Shown here piece by piece: positions 48,701-61,299 of a DNA stretch of 64,000 bases. Within the stretch, counting starts at the first letter, position 1. Every line of letters begins with the position of its first letter. Origin of the DNA: Macrostomum hystrix (lineage: Eukaryota > Animalia > Platyhelminthes); NCBI GenBank assembly GCA_950097015.1, contig CATNEN010000003.1, forward strand, positions 992,001 through 1,056,000. Reading direction: 5' to 3'. The translations under genes and the position numbers were made by a program. The notes beneath the pieces were generated by a model. That model saw only the letters and a list, made by a program, of their open reading frames with translations, ran no database searches and was not told where the DNA came from.

Positions 48701-51700
48701 CAATCGCCTACCTAGATAGATAGATAGATAGATACATCTCATTTTTAGTATATAGGAAAGGAAAGCAGAATCTCACCGAGGGTAGTACTTGAAAATTATC
48801 TAACGCTTTCATGTGGCCTGTCATACCCGAGACGCGATGCTCCAATCTCACTAACATGTTCACATGATCAACATACTTCTTCAGAGCCTGGAACGTCGAG
48901 AGAATAGCCATAGCCAGAGTTTCTTTGCGTTCTCCAACACAGCTTCCGGTTTTTTGTTCATTTAGACTGTTCTTGACGGTTCTCAGCAGAACAGCTTGGA
49001 GGACATCCACTTCTTTATTCGTGATTGAAGAGACGCAAATGTGCAGTAAATCATGACAGAATGCTGTCAGTAGACTGTCGGAAATGTTTTCTTTAGCAAG
49101 CACCATGCCCATTTCTGAGTCCAGAATGGATAAATTTAGAGATTTGGGTGCGCTTCCTCCGGTGCTTTGTTTCGTGAGACTCTCTAGCTGCTTGACAATG
49201 GCCCAGGAGAACGGAAATTGGGCCGCAAAATGGTGACCGTCCACAGCTGAGCTTGGCACCTCCACTCGGGCCACTTCAACAGCTGGCCCGGATTTAACGA
49301 ACTTCTTCATTGTGCCCTCCAGTCTTGCGGCATGCGGCGCCAGCATGAGCCACAATGCCCGGGTTTCTGGCCGCCTGTAGTTGGTCAGGTTCTCGTCCAT
49401 GTCAGCGAATGCCAAGAAGCTGACTAGAGCTGGGGCTGTCTTTCGCTTCAAAACGCGCCAGATGCTTTCTCTGAAAATGTAAAGCAAAGCAGAGGTCCAT
49501 TGCTAGCATAATAAGGTTCTTGTTTTTATCCAAAACTAGAGAATATGATGGGTGAATAGATGAACATATTATGAAATTGGATTCGATGAGCTAAATCTGA
49601 TTGTCTGGGGAGGGATCCTGGTGATCGACATCAATGAGCAACTTCGCACGAAAACGGACTATCAGCCAAAAACAAAAGCAAGCACAATGCGCTCCTGCAG
49701 GTCAGACTGGCCTGTGCAGTGGCCGAAGCCCGGCCTAAGAAAACTGCTGACGCGCGGAGGAGAGGGGCCAAGCAAGCAACACATAATCACATGCACCAAT
49801 AACCTTAATTTCTTTACATTGAACTTGTTTTCTCACATGAATGTTCCAGCTTCTTTAACTTTTTTGCTCGATGCTGCGTCTGCGCAAAGCCATTGCTCTG
49901 GTGAAATCGTTGAAACTGAATTCTCGTCCATTGTGGTCAGAGCTTTATGCATAAATGCCAGAGCAGTTCTCAAAAATTCATCATCTACAATCGAGCATGC
50001 AATTAACGTTGCGTGTAAAATCTACTACTTTTCATAAAAATAGAAACTCAGTCAGAAAATAATCAAGCTAGCGTAATAAACTGTACCTTTGAGTGCACTT
50101 GACACAGTATCTTTTCTGTCAGCGAGTCTGTTTTGTTTGCTGTCCTTATCTCTCAAAAGGCTCAGAGCCGGAAGCAGGTTTTTGTTCATTAAGAGTCGGA
50201 TATTCGCGGGTTGCCGATATCCAAGCACTCCCACGCTGCACTCCTCGGCTTCGTCAGGAAGAGGCCTCTCAAACAGCTTAGGAATCGTCAGCCGATCGAG
50301 CAGTGGAATGTTGAGCCGATTGGAAGACACTAGCTCTTCAATGTGCACACAGTGCCACAGACCGCAGTCCAGTCCCGTGAAGGGGTTCGAATGCGAACGA
50401 ATCAACTTAATAATGAGAATGACCTGCAGCAACACGGGAGCACTGCTTGCTTGAGCACATTCTTCCTCCTTTCTTCTTTGATCAGCTAAGTAGGACTCTT
50501 CAATGATGAATTTAACACTTGACACAACATTCTGAAAGTTTAAATTCTGCTGCAAGCCCTCATACTGTAGTACAAGAAGCCCTTGGCCGTTCATGTGCTG
50601 TCTTAGAAAATCCTTGAATTGAAGTTCCGTTTCAAACTGGCTAATGTTTTTGTACCTCGCATTCTCAAAGCAAGGCAAGACCTCCAATTGCTTTTGCTCA
50701 TCTGAGGATAGGATACAATCAAAAGTCGTTACCTGAAGCAAAGGCTTCTTCATCTTATAACTATTCAGGAAAGCAGCCAGGCAGCCAAGTCCATTTTCTT
50801 CGTAGTAATTTCTTAGAAGAGCTGCCTTTTCATTTCTCAGAGGCGTCGCATCGAGTCGGATTAAACCATCTGGGGTAGCTGCGGACAAGACTCTGTGCTG
50901 AACAACTTCAAAGTTGCAATTCTCTTCAATAGCTAGTGAAGGAATGACGTCGTCGTGATAACCAACAAAACACCAAGACAGCCCAGTGGTTCGTTTCTCC
51001 TCAGGTGGCAAATAGCTAATAAGCCACTCCTTGAAGCGGTCGCAAAATAGCAGCATGTCGGGCTCGAGCATCGTCTTCCATGATAGCTTGTGCTTTTCTA
51101 GGCGATTAATCAGTGGTATTGGAAACGATTCACTCACCGTCTTATCATCAGCGACAACGAAAATTTTAAAATCTTTATGAATCTTCGACTTCACACGATG
51201 GGTACCAAGCCCAATGTCAACAAATAAATCGTTGCCTAAAGTTTCGCGACTCAAGTTTAAGACGTCGTATAGCGACTCGTATAGGGATTCCAAGTTCATT
51301 AGAACAACAGTATCGCCTCTTTCCATGCATTGCTTAATTCGGTTTATGTTCAGGCACACCTTGGAATACTCCTGATCTTTTGGGAAGCTGCTGCCAAATA
51401 TTATAGTCACATTACGCTCTCCTAGAAGGCGCTTCAATACCTTGAAGCCAGATGTGTTCTCGGTTATTAGCAGCAGGTAGCGCTGGTCCGGACCGGCGGC
51501 TTCAAGAGCTTCCTTCAGCACTGAATTGTATTGGACGGGAATGTCCACCCCACAACGAACCTCCGAGAAGAAAAGCTGCAGAGGGTTAATGTCTTCCAAG
51601 CCACTGAAGTTTCGCAACAAGCAATTGGCAATATCAGCATCAGTAAGCTCACTCAGTGAGTCTTTAGCTTTCTGAGCCAGGTGTTTAACTGCGCTGAAAT

Positions 51701-54700
51701 AGTCGCGTAATCCAAAGAACTCACGCTTTAATCGATCCCCGCTAAATTGTTTCTGAAAGAATGTTGTTAGATCGAGCAGATGCCTACTGGATTTTAAATT
51801 TGTTCCTTTGCAAATATCTTTTGCAGTTTGTATGAGATCCTTCGTAGTAGGAACATCGCGCAGCACAAAAAGTCCTCGATTCATCTTAGCAGGGTCCAAT
51901 GCCCAGTTAGATATTCCAACAAACGCAACTCGTTGATTTCCACTGCCGGCATCCATTTTAACTCCGTCTTCGAGCAGGGAGTGAAGCACCTTGAGCGACA
52001 TTTGAGGCGTGTCTTCTGCAAGACCTATTTCATCAAGAACTACGACAGAAACGAAGTTTCTGTCATCGCCTTTATCCATCTGTTGCTTTGCACACTGCTG
52101 GAACAGCTTGGTAATTCCATCTGATGTGGACCAAGGCGAACATTGAAATGATAGCATTTGCGTGTCAGGAAGCTTTCTGAAGATGCCTCCTTCGGAGTTC
52201 TCGCCTTTCATATTGTTCTTTACGATCGTTTTGCCAAGCGACTTGGAACTTCCAGGTTTTCCAACTATGAATAAAGGAATTCGTAGACAGATGCACATTG
52301 TCATCATAAACACATTCTCTCTTAGAGCATCGTTATTAGCGACGTAGTCAGGTAGCAGATTCCTTCCATTTACTTCTTTGCTTAGAAGTCTGGACTGGAA
52401 CTCCTCGATTACCTCTTCTACACGACTTGCTGTAAGCCTTCCTTCTAGGGCCTCGCAAATAATTCTAGTGTAGTCGGATTTTCTTTTGCTAGAAAGTCGG
52501 CTTTGATAGCTCGAAGCCAGCGCCATCAGAAGGTGGCAGTCAGCTTTCTCTAGTGCTGGAGCAGGCTCGCTTGAGGACTCCTCTTTCTCTAGTATGTCCT
52601 TAGACAGCCATTGATATATGACGATCACTCGTTCAACATCTCTCAATGAGACAAACTGGGTTTCATCTGTGGCAGAGCGCATGAATTTTTGAGACTCGCA
52701 AATGGCATTCGTGAGCCGATTTCTGTGTACCTCGCTCAGCCCATTTAGCCCGGAAGCTACCATTCTAACAACGTATTTTCGTTCTGCATCTTCTGACAAC
52801 ATTCCGAAATCCCATAAAACACTGATGAGGGATAAAGGAAGAGGCTTCACTCTGTAAACAAGATGCCTCATCGGAATGTTTCCAAATTTATCGACAGTCT
52901 TTTCTTTCCTTACTCGATAGCCTAGCCCGCTGTTCTCCAACATGCGGATTGTGTCATCAGAATGTTTCCGGTAAGGGTTGCAGGCTGCCACGCACCTTAG
53001 GCCGTGCGCAAAGTCAATTTTTCTGCCATTAATTCGTCCATCCATCATGATTTCTTTGATTAGTCCAACAAAGCTTGTAGTGTTGATTTCGTCAAAGAAG
53101 AGGACGGTGTATGGCGAAATAGATTGCGCTCCATCATTTCCTCTTAGCAGATCAAAGTTTTTCTTGGCCAAAATTTCTGCCTCTGAAACATGCCTTTCAA
53201 TATCGCTGGCAGTAATTCCACCGTGAATCTTCAGAATCGTCATGTTTTGTACGTCAGATTCGATTGGGAGCATTATTTTGGTCAGGAAACTTACTAGCCT
53301 CGTTTTACCGCATCCAGTTTCTCCCATTATCACAACGGGAATGTTCGACCTAAACCTCATGTAAATGGCCAGAATTTTCTTTACATTGTCCATGGTCAGT
53401 TCATAGGATGAGTCGAAATCAGGAAGGTTATTCTCTTCGTTGAATCCGAAAACATTTCTCATCCGACGAACCTTTTCGTTCTGGCTTAAATCTTCAAATC
53501 TATCGTCTAATGGAACTCTTTGAGCCAGTAGGCTTAGCCGAAGATTTGGTGTCATAATGTTTTTCTTTATTGTAGTTCCGGAAGTTGAGTCAACTAGATC
53601 ACCTTTGTCATTTACCGTGAAACCAATGAACGTGAAGCTTTCTCCGTCCTGATTGAACAGAAGATACGGATGGCTCTCCTGCTCCCAGTGTCGCTTGAGT
53701 TGAAAAGCTTCGAGAGGACATCGGTTCTCTGAGTTATCGATCGTGTGATGCCTCGTTTCACTCTCGTCATCGATATCCAAAGAGCGCGTTGAGAAGTCCT
53801 TTGACATTAACAGTATGCAGTCAACAACGAACTTTCTGAATCCAGGAAAATAGTGTTCTGCTTCCTTTTTGCAAAACCAGGATTTTCGGAAAGCCTCGAG
53901 CTGTGTATGCAAAAAATGGACGAAATTTGACAAATCTGACCAGGACGGGTTTTCGATTCCGCAGTTCTTCAGAAGCGAATCTAGTGTCTGAGCATCGGTT
54001 AGCTGAGTGTGAGTCGGATCCGCACCTTCAGCTTCATACTTTCCTGTAAAGAAGAATTCAACTATGACCTTAAACTTCTTTAATTCATTATTTAGAAAAG
54101 GCCGCCAAACGTTCGTCTCATTGGCTTGCAGTGCAACTTGCAAGCTTTCCGAAGGTGTTAGGCATTCAATTTTCGGCAGGAATGACAGGAAGTGACATCG
54201 TGTACTAAAGAGCAGATTTTCAGAATGCTCTAATAAGTACAGCTCATGAGTTTTGCGCCTCCAGACGACACCATTCGAGTCCACCACAGCTCCGAAAATA
54301 GCCAGTTGCGTCATGCATGAGTCGAATCCGGTCTGCACTTCTCGAGCTATGTCCAAGTGAAAAACAGTCTTTCCTTTTACGGATTCTTTTTGAAATACCG
54401 TAACCAGCTCGTCCACGCACAAGTGATCAGTATTACTAGCAAACACTGCGGCGCTTTCACCGGCAAAATTTTCACACACCAAGGATTTTCCCATACCTGA
54501 GCGGCTAGAGGTAATCCAGAGAAACTTGCTCTCCTGAGGAGTACGTCCTTTTAGTGTTTTTGAGGTGAAAACATTCATCTCTTCAATGCTTGGTTCAAAT
54601 AAAATTTCTTCCTCAAATTTTCGAATGAAATTACAGAACGGAAATTGACTCTGGTTGTCCGTGGAAACGAGAATAAACAGGTGCGAATTTACCAGTCCAT

Positions 54701-57700
54701 CGACAGAGTTAATAAGCTTGCTGAATCGTTCCTCTGCAACAACAGAAATATTGTACGATAGCTGGTCTGCATTCAAAATGGCATAGACCGAGTTCTCACT
54801 TGGATCAAGAAGTGCCCTATGGAGAAAAACAACAAGTTCCTCTTCGGTTGTTCCTTCGTGGCACAGTATTATGTCTTCCAACTGAGGCAGGCATCTGTAT
54901 GCTTTTTCGAACAACTGGAGGGCTATAAGCAAGTGGTTCTTAGCTTCAAGGCAGTAAGCCACTGGTGTTCGTCTATTAAATAGTCGTTTGAATTCCATAT
55001 CAGCTACTCGCGAGACACGCAGGCTCTGCGCTCTTTGTGACAGTAGCTCAAGGAACAGGTTAGCGTCTCCGAAGCTTATGAAGTCCTTATACGATGAACG
55101 AATGTTGAGCAAGTAAATCTCCCACAAATTTTTAAAGGCTTCATCTGCCGTAGCATTTCCAATTCCAGCGGCGCTAAGTTCCTCGTCAGCAGTCTTCCAG
55201 TTCTGTCTTTGCTGAGTATCGGAGGCTGTTAGCTTGTTTTTCTCCAGCTTTACTGCGAGATCCAGTGCCTTGCTTTTCAGTGCTTCGTGAGTTTCTTCCG
55301 GACTCGCGTATCGGAATAGGAGCTTTACCGTCTTACTGACAATCTCTTCATTATAGCCTTCGTCCTGCAGAGCAGCGCAAATTCGATCGTGCGCATTTTC
55401 GTTCGGCTCATTAGGAGTCGAATGAGTTCGTTTTGCCTTTTCTAAAACGGCATCGTCCACTGCCTGGCTCAACAGCTCAGGGGTGATGCCTGGGTGGATG
55501 TAGTGGAGCAGATCAGAAAGCTGTCTGTCCACAAGTTTTATTGGATTCGTGGACAAAAACATTGGTGCTAATTCAGTCTGTAAGTATTTGATTTGTTTAA
55601 GCGAGAAAAAATTCAGATAGAAAAACTCTTTTCTCAGCTTCCAGACTTCATTATTCCACTGCAAGAGGCAATCTTGGAAACAGTTAGAAAGTTTTGCCAA
55701 TCCGTCACGCAAATTTCGGTATTTGTACGATATTTTTATGTGTGGACTGCAGAAGCGCAGTTCAATAGTTAGGTTGTCCTTTTTATCTTCGTTTTGGTTG
55801 TATTGAGATAGAGGCAGATGCACCTCTATCTGTATTTGCTCGCACAGGACACAGCTATTGACCTGAAATTTCTTGTACACTTCTACAAGATGAAAAATGC
55901 TTTCAGTTAGGCTTACAAACTCTGACAGCAGGCATCTTTTCTCGAATGTCTCGCCTGCGATAAGCATAAGCTTGGATTGCAACTCCTTAATGTCACTGAG
56001 TTCATAGGCTTCATGAGAAGTACCCTCATGAGATGCACCCTCTAATTCTAAGACAAACGGATCGTCTTTTTTAACAAGACAGCCAATTCTAATTCTTCCT
56101 CTGCTTGTCATGATTGATTCGATTTTTTTTATTGTTGATTTTTCTACGGAGCCTTGGTTCTCCTTGATTTCTCGAATCCACGAGAGACGAGTGGCAGTGT
56201 TCTGGAGGTTGCTGATCGTTTCGTGATTCTCGTTTATCCTTCGGCTCATCGGCGTGCAGAACTCTACAAATTGACGCACGTCCATTCGAACGGCTTCTTC
56301 TGATCCGAGCTTATAGATGATTTCATCGAAGTCATAGACAACCCTGACAAACATTTCTATTTTCTTTTTGTCGCTTTCTCCAGAGTCTCCCAGGTAAATC
56401 ATGGCAAGGTCAATGAAGGTGTTCAGATCACCTTTCTGCACATTGCTTCGAACCCATTTAATAAACTCATGACTTGCACTGATGACACTAAGGGCTTGAA
56501 GAAAGTTTGGGCCCTTCTGTTTGATTACTTCAAGTTGCGAGTGCCGGAAGCGGTCCAGATTAACGTCAATCACTTCGTTTAGTGATTTATAGCACAGCTG
56601 CTTACTAAAGTCCTCCGCTTGCTGAAGCAATTCTTCATCTTCCTGGCTGTGCTGAATATTAAAATTCTTAAATAATGTTTTCAGGACTCTGCTAATATTT
56701 GAGTAAGCATGCGATGTAACAACAAAATGTAGCTTTCGCCCAAAATCCTCACTAAAAGAACTTGGGTATATTAATCTGATGCACATAATCTCGTTCTCTA
56801 GTTCTCTAGCATTTCCAAGAAGCTGCTTGAAAAAATCTGTTGAATTTGAAATAGGCGCCTTAGGAGCACAGACTCGTTTGATTTTTTCCTCCCAAGTTTT
56901 GAAAGCTTCTATTAGGCACTTGATCAGTTCTTCTGAAGTGAGTTTTTTATCCTGCCTTTCATCAAACATCCGCTTTGAGTGCTCTTTCATTTCGTTTCGA
57001 AAAGTCACACTCTTTTGAAGAGCTTTGATTTTATCTAGTAAGTTTGTCGCCTCTTGATTTGTTTCCAGTAAACCAGTAAGAAACGGAAATCTAGAAAGCC
57101 CTTCCTTGTCAAGTTCTTCCAGGCTTTTTTTGCTGGAGACCTTCCAGACTCCATTCAGGTCCGGTATGTCGTCAACTGAAATGATTGGAAAGAGTCGGAA
57201 TTGCAGAGGAGTGAGAGACTTTGCACAATCGAATACTAATCTTTACTCAATAATTCGAATACTGGTATGCATTTTCGACTCGAGTTAATACTTATGGGTA
57301 TTTAGTCAGCTAAGGAAGCCAGCCACGACGACAATTTCAACTGTTGACAACTTGGAACCGCGAGAGGAACAGAGCAGGTCACTAGCACCCTAAGTTTTCC
57401 GTCCGAGTGGCCATAGATTTACGTAAAACTATCGGTGATTTTACTTAGCTCGTAATTAAAGCTTGAGAATAAAGTCTAGCATCTTTGCTGCCAATAAAAT
57501 GTATACTCGACTTAATACTGAAGTACAAAGTAACAACTAGCCATGACAACCCTTTCCTTGAAAGCTCCTGTTTAATGATTATCAATGTGCATGCTAACGT
57601 TACAATGGATAATAAGATACTTACTGAGAGCACTATCGACACAGGTGACACAGAAAGTCAGGAGCTTATTTTCGTGCTCAATGCGTTCGTCCAGGCGACT

Positions 57701-59827
57701 TTTCAATAATACTACCGTATCTATTCTTTCTTTCACGTTGAAGGCGAACTTGGCCTCAAAGTAGATCCCAATCGTTTCCAAAGCGTCTTGAAAGAGTTTA
57801 ATTTGTTCTACAGCTTCGTATTTAATTTCTTGTGGTCGATCACGTAACGTCGTAAGAAGTTGCTGGACATTCTCAGAACAAGATTCTATGATCTTCAGGG
57901 ACGTTTTTGAAAGTTTTCCTGTCAGCGAGTTGCGTCCTAAAATATAAGTGTGAGGAGCGTTGATTATTGATGCGTGTATTACAAGGACTACTAGTAATTA
58001 GCCTTTAGTAGTAATGGGGTATACTATTATTATTATTACTACAACTACAAGTGCATTTGCATAAACATTTGTGATGCAAATTTTTGGTTAGTGCAACAAC
58101 TTTATAGGTGTACTTTTTAGTTGGATTTTTTATACACTCGTAATTTATCTGTTATTTAATACTCGATTATTTGTACAAAAATTATATGTCTGTACAAAAA
58201 TAAAACCTGTACAAAAATGATATGTCAGATCAAATATCAATTTTCTTGAAATTTAATTGTTGCTTTTCTTTTTTTCGCTTTTAGGTTTAGTAAACTCTTA
58301 GGTGTTAAAAATTGTCGTAAGCAGCTGAAAATCAACACCTACTTTAACAGTGGAACTACCACGGGGGGGGAATTCCCCCCCCTGACAATTTTTTTTGCTG
58401 CACCCGAACAGAACAATGCAAGCACACGAAACTCAAGAACACGGGCCAACTTTTTGTTGCGCATCTTCTGAAACAAGAAGCAAGTCGCCAGCTCTTCAGA
58501 CCGTCAAGATATTCAATGTTTCTGGCTGAAGGTCCGATTTTTCCCATAAGAGCTAGTGTATTTCAAACACCCCTATACACGAATTTGCACTGCGCCTCAG
58601 TGCGGCCTTTCCAGACCTTCAAACTTTATCAGCATGTCATCCGAATGTGCCTGCATCATCTTCGACTTCGGGAGTCACCGACCTTTATCTAGACGGAGCT
58701 GCTGGACATTAAACAAGTAATAGTTGAGTTTAGGCCAATATCGAGGCTTTATTAGAGAAAGTAGAAAAATTCGCTCTAGGGACTCCATAGCCAGCTCGAG
58801 GCACTCTGCTGACGGTGCTGACCGCGTCTGGGTGGTGACTGATTGGTTGACAGACTAGGCGAGGGTCCTGTGGTTGAGCTTCGTCCTATATTGAGGCTTG
58901 ATCAGCGAAATGGGAGAAATTTGCATCAAGGGTGTCCATATAGGTAAAACAGCTCCGTCTAGGTAAAGCTGCGTGACCACCGAAGTTGGAGATGATGCAA
59001 GCACATTCGGGTGTCATGCTGATAAAGTTTGAAGGTCTGGAAAGGCCGCACTGAGGCGCAGTGCAAATTCGTGTATAGGGGTGAATGAAATACACTAGCT
59101 CTGATGGGAAAAATCGGACCTTCGGCCAGAAAAATATATCGGCCAGAAATATACCGACGGTCTGAAGAGCTGGCGACTTGTTTCTTGTTTCAGAAGATGC
59201 GCAACAAAAAGTTGGACCGTGTTCTTGAGTTTCGTGTGCTTGCATTGTTCTGTTGGGGTGCAGCAAAAAAATTGTCAGTGGGGGAAATTCCCCCCCTCCT
59301 TGGTATAAAAACGGGCGGCAAATGGCTTGGTAGTCCTACTGTTAATGAGTAATTTTTAAGATTATAATTTAGCTAGCACAAAGCGAATAAATTACGAAGC
59401 TTTCGACGTACCGTCCACAAGAGTATTCAGCTCCGCAATGAGCGGACTGGCGAATGGCCACTCCAAAGCCATGAACAGTTCGGGGCTCAGTCCTTGACGC
59501 TTGCTCGCGTTAAACTTTTGGTAGGCTTGCTCTACCATACTGGATAATACTTTGCATACGGCCTTTGAATTGCCGATGTTTAAGACGCTGCGAAGCACAT
59601 TGCGCAGCTGGTCTGGCTACAAAATGTTTGACAAGTAAAGGCTGCATCTCAGTGTCGAAAGGATAAAAGTTCGTAAAGTAGGCTCTATTTACGATCGAAC
59701 TTACCACAAATTTTGTAAATGAAACATTTTGGCTGTGTTCAAATAAGCAACGCAGTAAGGTGCTTGCAAACGCCGGGTCGATTTCTACCATCGTATTTGC
59801 ATCAGAAAGAATGCAAAGAAGATTTTC
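39748..59827 (-). CDS. RNF213: RNF213 (mysterin)-like giant AAA+ ATPase / E3 ubiquitin ligase; about 4170 codons in 15 phase-consistent exons
   Basis: Exons 59827-59705, 59616-59412, 57936-57625, 57175-50087, 49984-49837, 49470-48777, 44584-44324, 44239-44133, 43958-about 43488, about 43260-42692, 42572-42426, 42343-42094, 41997-41963, 41875-40436, about 40401-39748. Motifs: SGMGKS, GETGCGKT/VLFFDEINT, AACNPYR, GKPGSSKS/VVVLDEIGLAE, ISNWALDPAKMNRG, FFGLRDY, RING-like CxxC..CxD..CxxC..CxxC and RZ finger CPKGH..GEC..CPDC..IGGKH. Confidence 0.9.
44874..45182. mobile_element. Inverted pair of an about 120-135-bp non-autonomous element
   Basis: 44874-44990 is the reverse complement of 45066-45182; a third copy lies at about 45595-45729. 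Confidence 0.8.
45519..45769. mobile_element. MITE with 41-bp TIRs (TATACCAATATTGATAGGCTGCAGAGGGCTGAAACGAGGTA)
   Basis: Perfect terminal inverted repeats enclosing the about 135-bp element. A truncated TIR copy also lies at about 45009-45034. Confidence 0.85.
46274..47325 (+). repeat. 18-bp minisatellite (ACAATGATCCCCCAGTTG)n, about 58 copies
   Basis: Tandem array; explains the GGSLST and MIPQLT ORFs. Confidence 0.97.
47326..48148 (+). repeat. 23-bp minisatellite (TTAGCCATGATTCAAACTCTGGT)n, about 35 copies
   Basis: Tandem array directly abutting the 18-bp array. Confidence 0.97.
58340..59351. mobile_element. Foldback-like element with about 365-bp imperfect inverted arms
   Basis: 58340-58705 is the reverse complement of about 58948-59351, with an about 240-bp spacer. 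Confidence 0.85.
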
Positions 59828-60069
59828 CTGAAGAGTAATATTGCACTTAACTCAGTCCTTCGAAGAGATTTTATGGTACTCAAAAATTCTTAACAGAAAA
59901 AATTCTTATCACAAAATAAGCTACTAAAGCTCTTGCCTACAAAACATGATCTTTTTACCGAAGGAATGTCATCGTGTTACCTACAGAATATCATAATTTA
60001 TCCGAAATGATCATATCGTAATATTTTGTGATCTTACTTACTCTTGTCAGCAGTTCCAATAATAATTAA

Positions 60070-60365
60070 ATAATTAATTAATTACACCTGCCCCAATTGG
60101 GCCAGATGTGCAGCCGACAGCACAGCCGCAGCTAATGCGCGGCGCATCTGAAGGCTGCGTACAGCTGTTCAGTCCATGGACTGGGGGGACGCCACACCCA
60201 CCTTCAATTATCCCAGCTGATGCTGGTACCCATTTAACAGCTGGGTGAACTGAAGCAATGCAGAGTTAAGTATCTTGCTAAAGGACACAAATTGTTTTAG
60301 TAGAGTCGGGAATCGAACCCCCGATCTTCAAGTCGTGAGTCCGACGCCCTAACCACTAGACTACA
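60070..60365 (-). mobile_element. tRNA-derived SINE (family A), best-preserved copy
   Basis: Head tagtctagtggttagggcgtcgg..gggttcgattccc (A and B boxes), central core tgtgtcctttagcaag..agttcacccagctgttaaatgggtacc, and AT-rich tail. Confidence 0.8.
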
Positions 60366-60880
60366 ACCTCTCCAGTTTATTTAGTTCCAAGAAATAATTT
60401 TAAAGTTATATTAGTATACATATTAATGTATAGCCTATCATGAGGAGGTTAAAAATATTTTTTTACAAACCTTTTTAATCATAAGAAGCACGTCCATGAC
60501 CACGTCTGCGACTGTAGTACGCCATATTTTTTCCACATTAGCATTTTGATATGTGCTGAGAGACACGAAGAATGCATTAAACTTCTGAAATTAATCGGTG
60601 ATAAGTTATACAACCAGTTTAAGACATTATTTGCATGAATAATTCTGTGTACATATTAGTTCAATTCATCCAAATTAGCCCTACATACATCTAAATTTCA
60701 TGTATGCACTGACTAAGAACTGTAAAATTCTATTATAAATTGTATAATATATAATTCCATTATGTTACGTCTAAATTACTGATCTGGGACACGGCGAGGT
60801 TGCGAAAATAGTAGTGTTGTAGTACGAGACACTGGAGACAGAGGGTGCAGAACTCCGCAGTTCAACCATTTATTCTACAG

Positions 60881-61189
60881 CTGGGGATCGGCAAACTTAT
60901 TAGCGTGCGGGCCATGGAGAGAACCTAAAAGACGACAGCGGGCCGTATTTACTGTAGGAAAATGAGAGAGAGAGAAGAGATGAGAAAGGGAAGAGGTGAG
61001 AAAGGGCAGAGATGAGAAAGGGAAGAGATAAGAAAGGGGACAGATGAGACAGGGGAGAGATGAGACACAGGATAGACAAGACAGGGGAAATATGAGACAG
61101 GATATTATAGGTGTAGGAAGGGGCAACGGGTCGGATTTGGGAGCTTCGAGTGCCGCATCTGGCCCACGGCCGGAGTTTGCCAACCCCTG
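60881..61189. mobile_element. 309-bp hAT (Charlie-like) MITE
   Basis: TIR CTGGGGATCGGCAAACT / AGTTTGCCAACCCCTG; perfect 8-bp TSD TTCTACAG; AG-rich interior. Confidence 0.85.
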
Positions 61190-61299
61190 TTCTACAGCTT
61201 CAAGAAAGATCTGCTGTGAAAAATATCTATCAAATGTTTCGAACCCGGAACACAGGTGCAAACTTTAAGCGTTTGAAAAGCGCTTACATCGGTGCTCCT

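Larger units (their letters stand above)
46181..48732 (-). mobile_element. Non-autonomous Helitron carrying two internal satellite arrays
   Basis: On the minus strand the 5' end is A|TCTATCTATC.. followed by aaaacggctcaaccgattttc. The 3' end has a GC hairpin (46193-46209) a few nt before CTAG|T. No TSD. Confidence 0.7.

Noticed and set aside
59412-59827. Apparent frameshift suggesting an RNF213 pseudogene
   Set aside because: Explained by an 88-bp GT-AG intron (59704-59617) that restores the frame.
1393-59827. FReD + innexins + RNF213 as one co-functional immune locus
   Set aside because: Unrelated genes (FHL2, CHTOP) intervene and nothing in the sequence shows co-regulation; adjacency alone is weak evidence in animals.
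60300-60365. tRNA genes here and at about 16500 and 63735
   Set aside because: A/B boxes run into repeat bodies shared between copies and lack a full cloverleaf; these are SINE heads.
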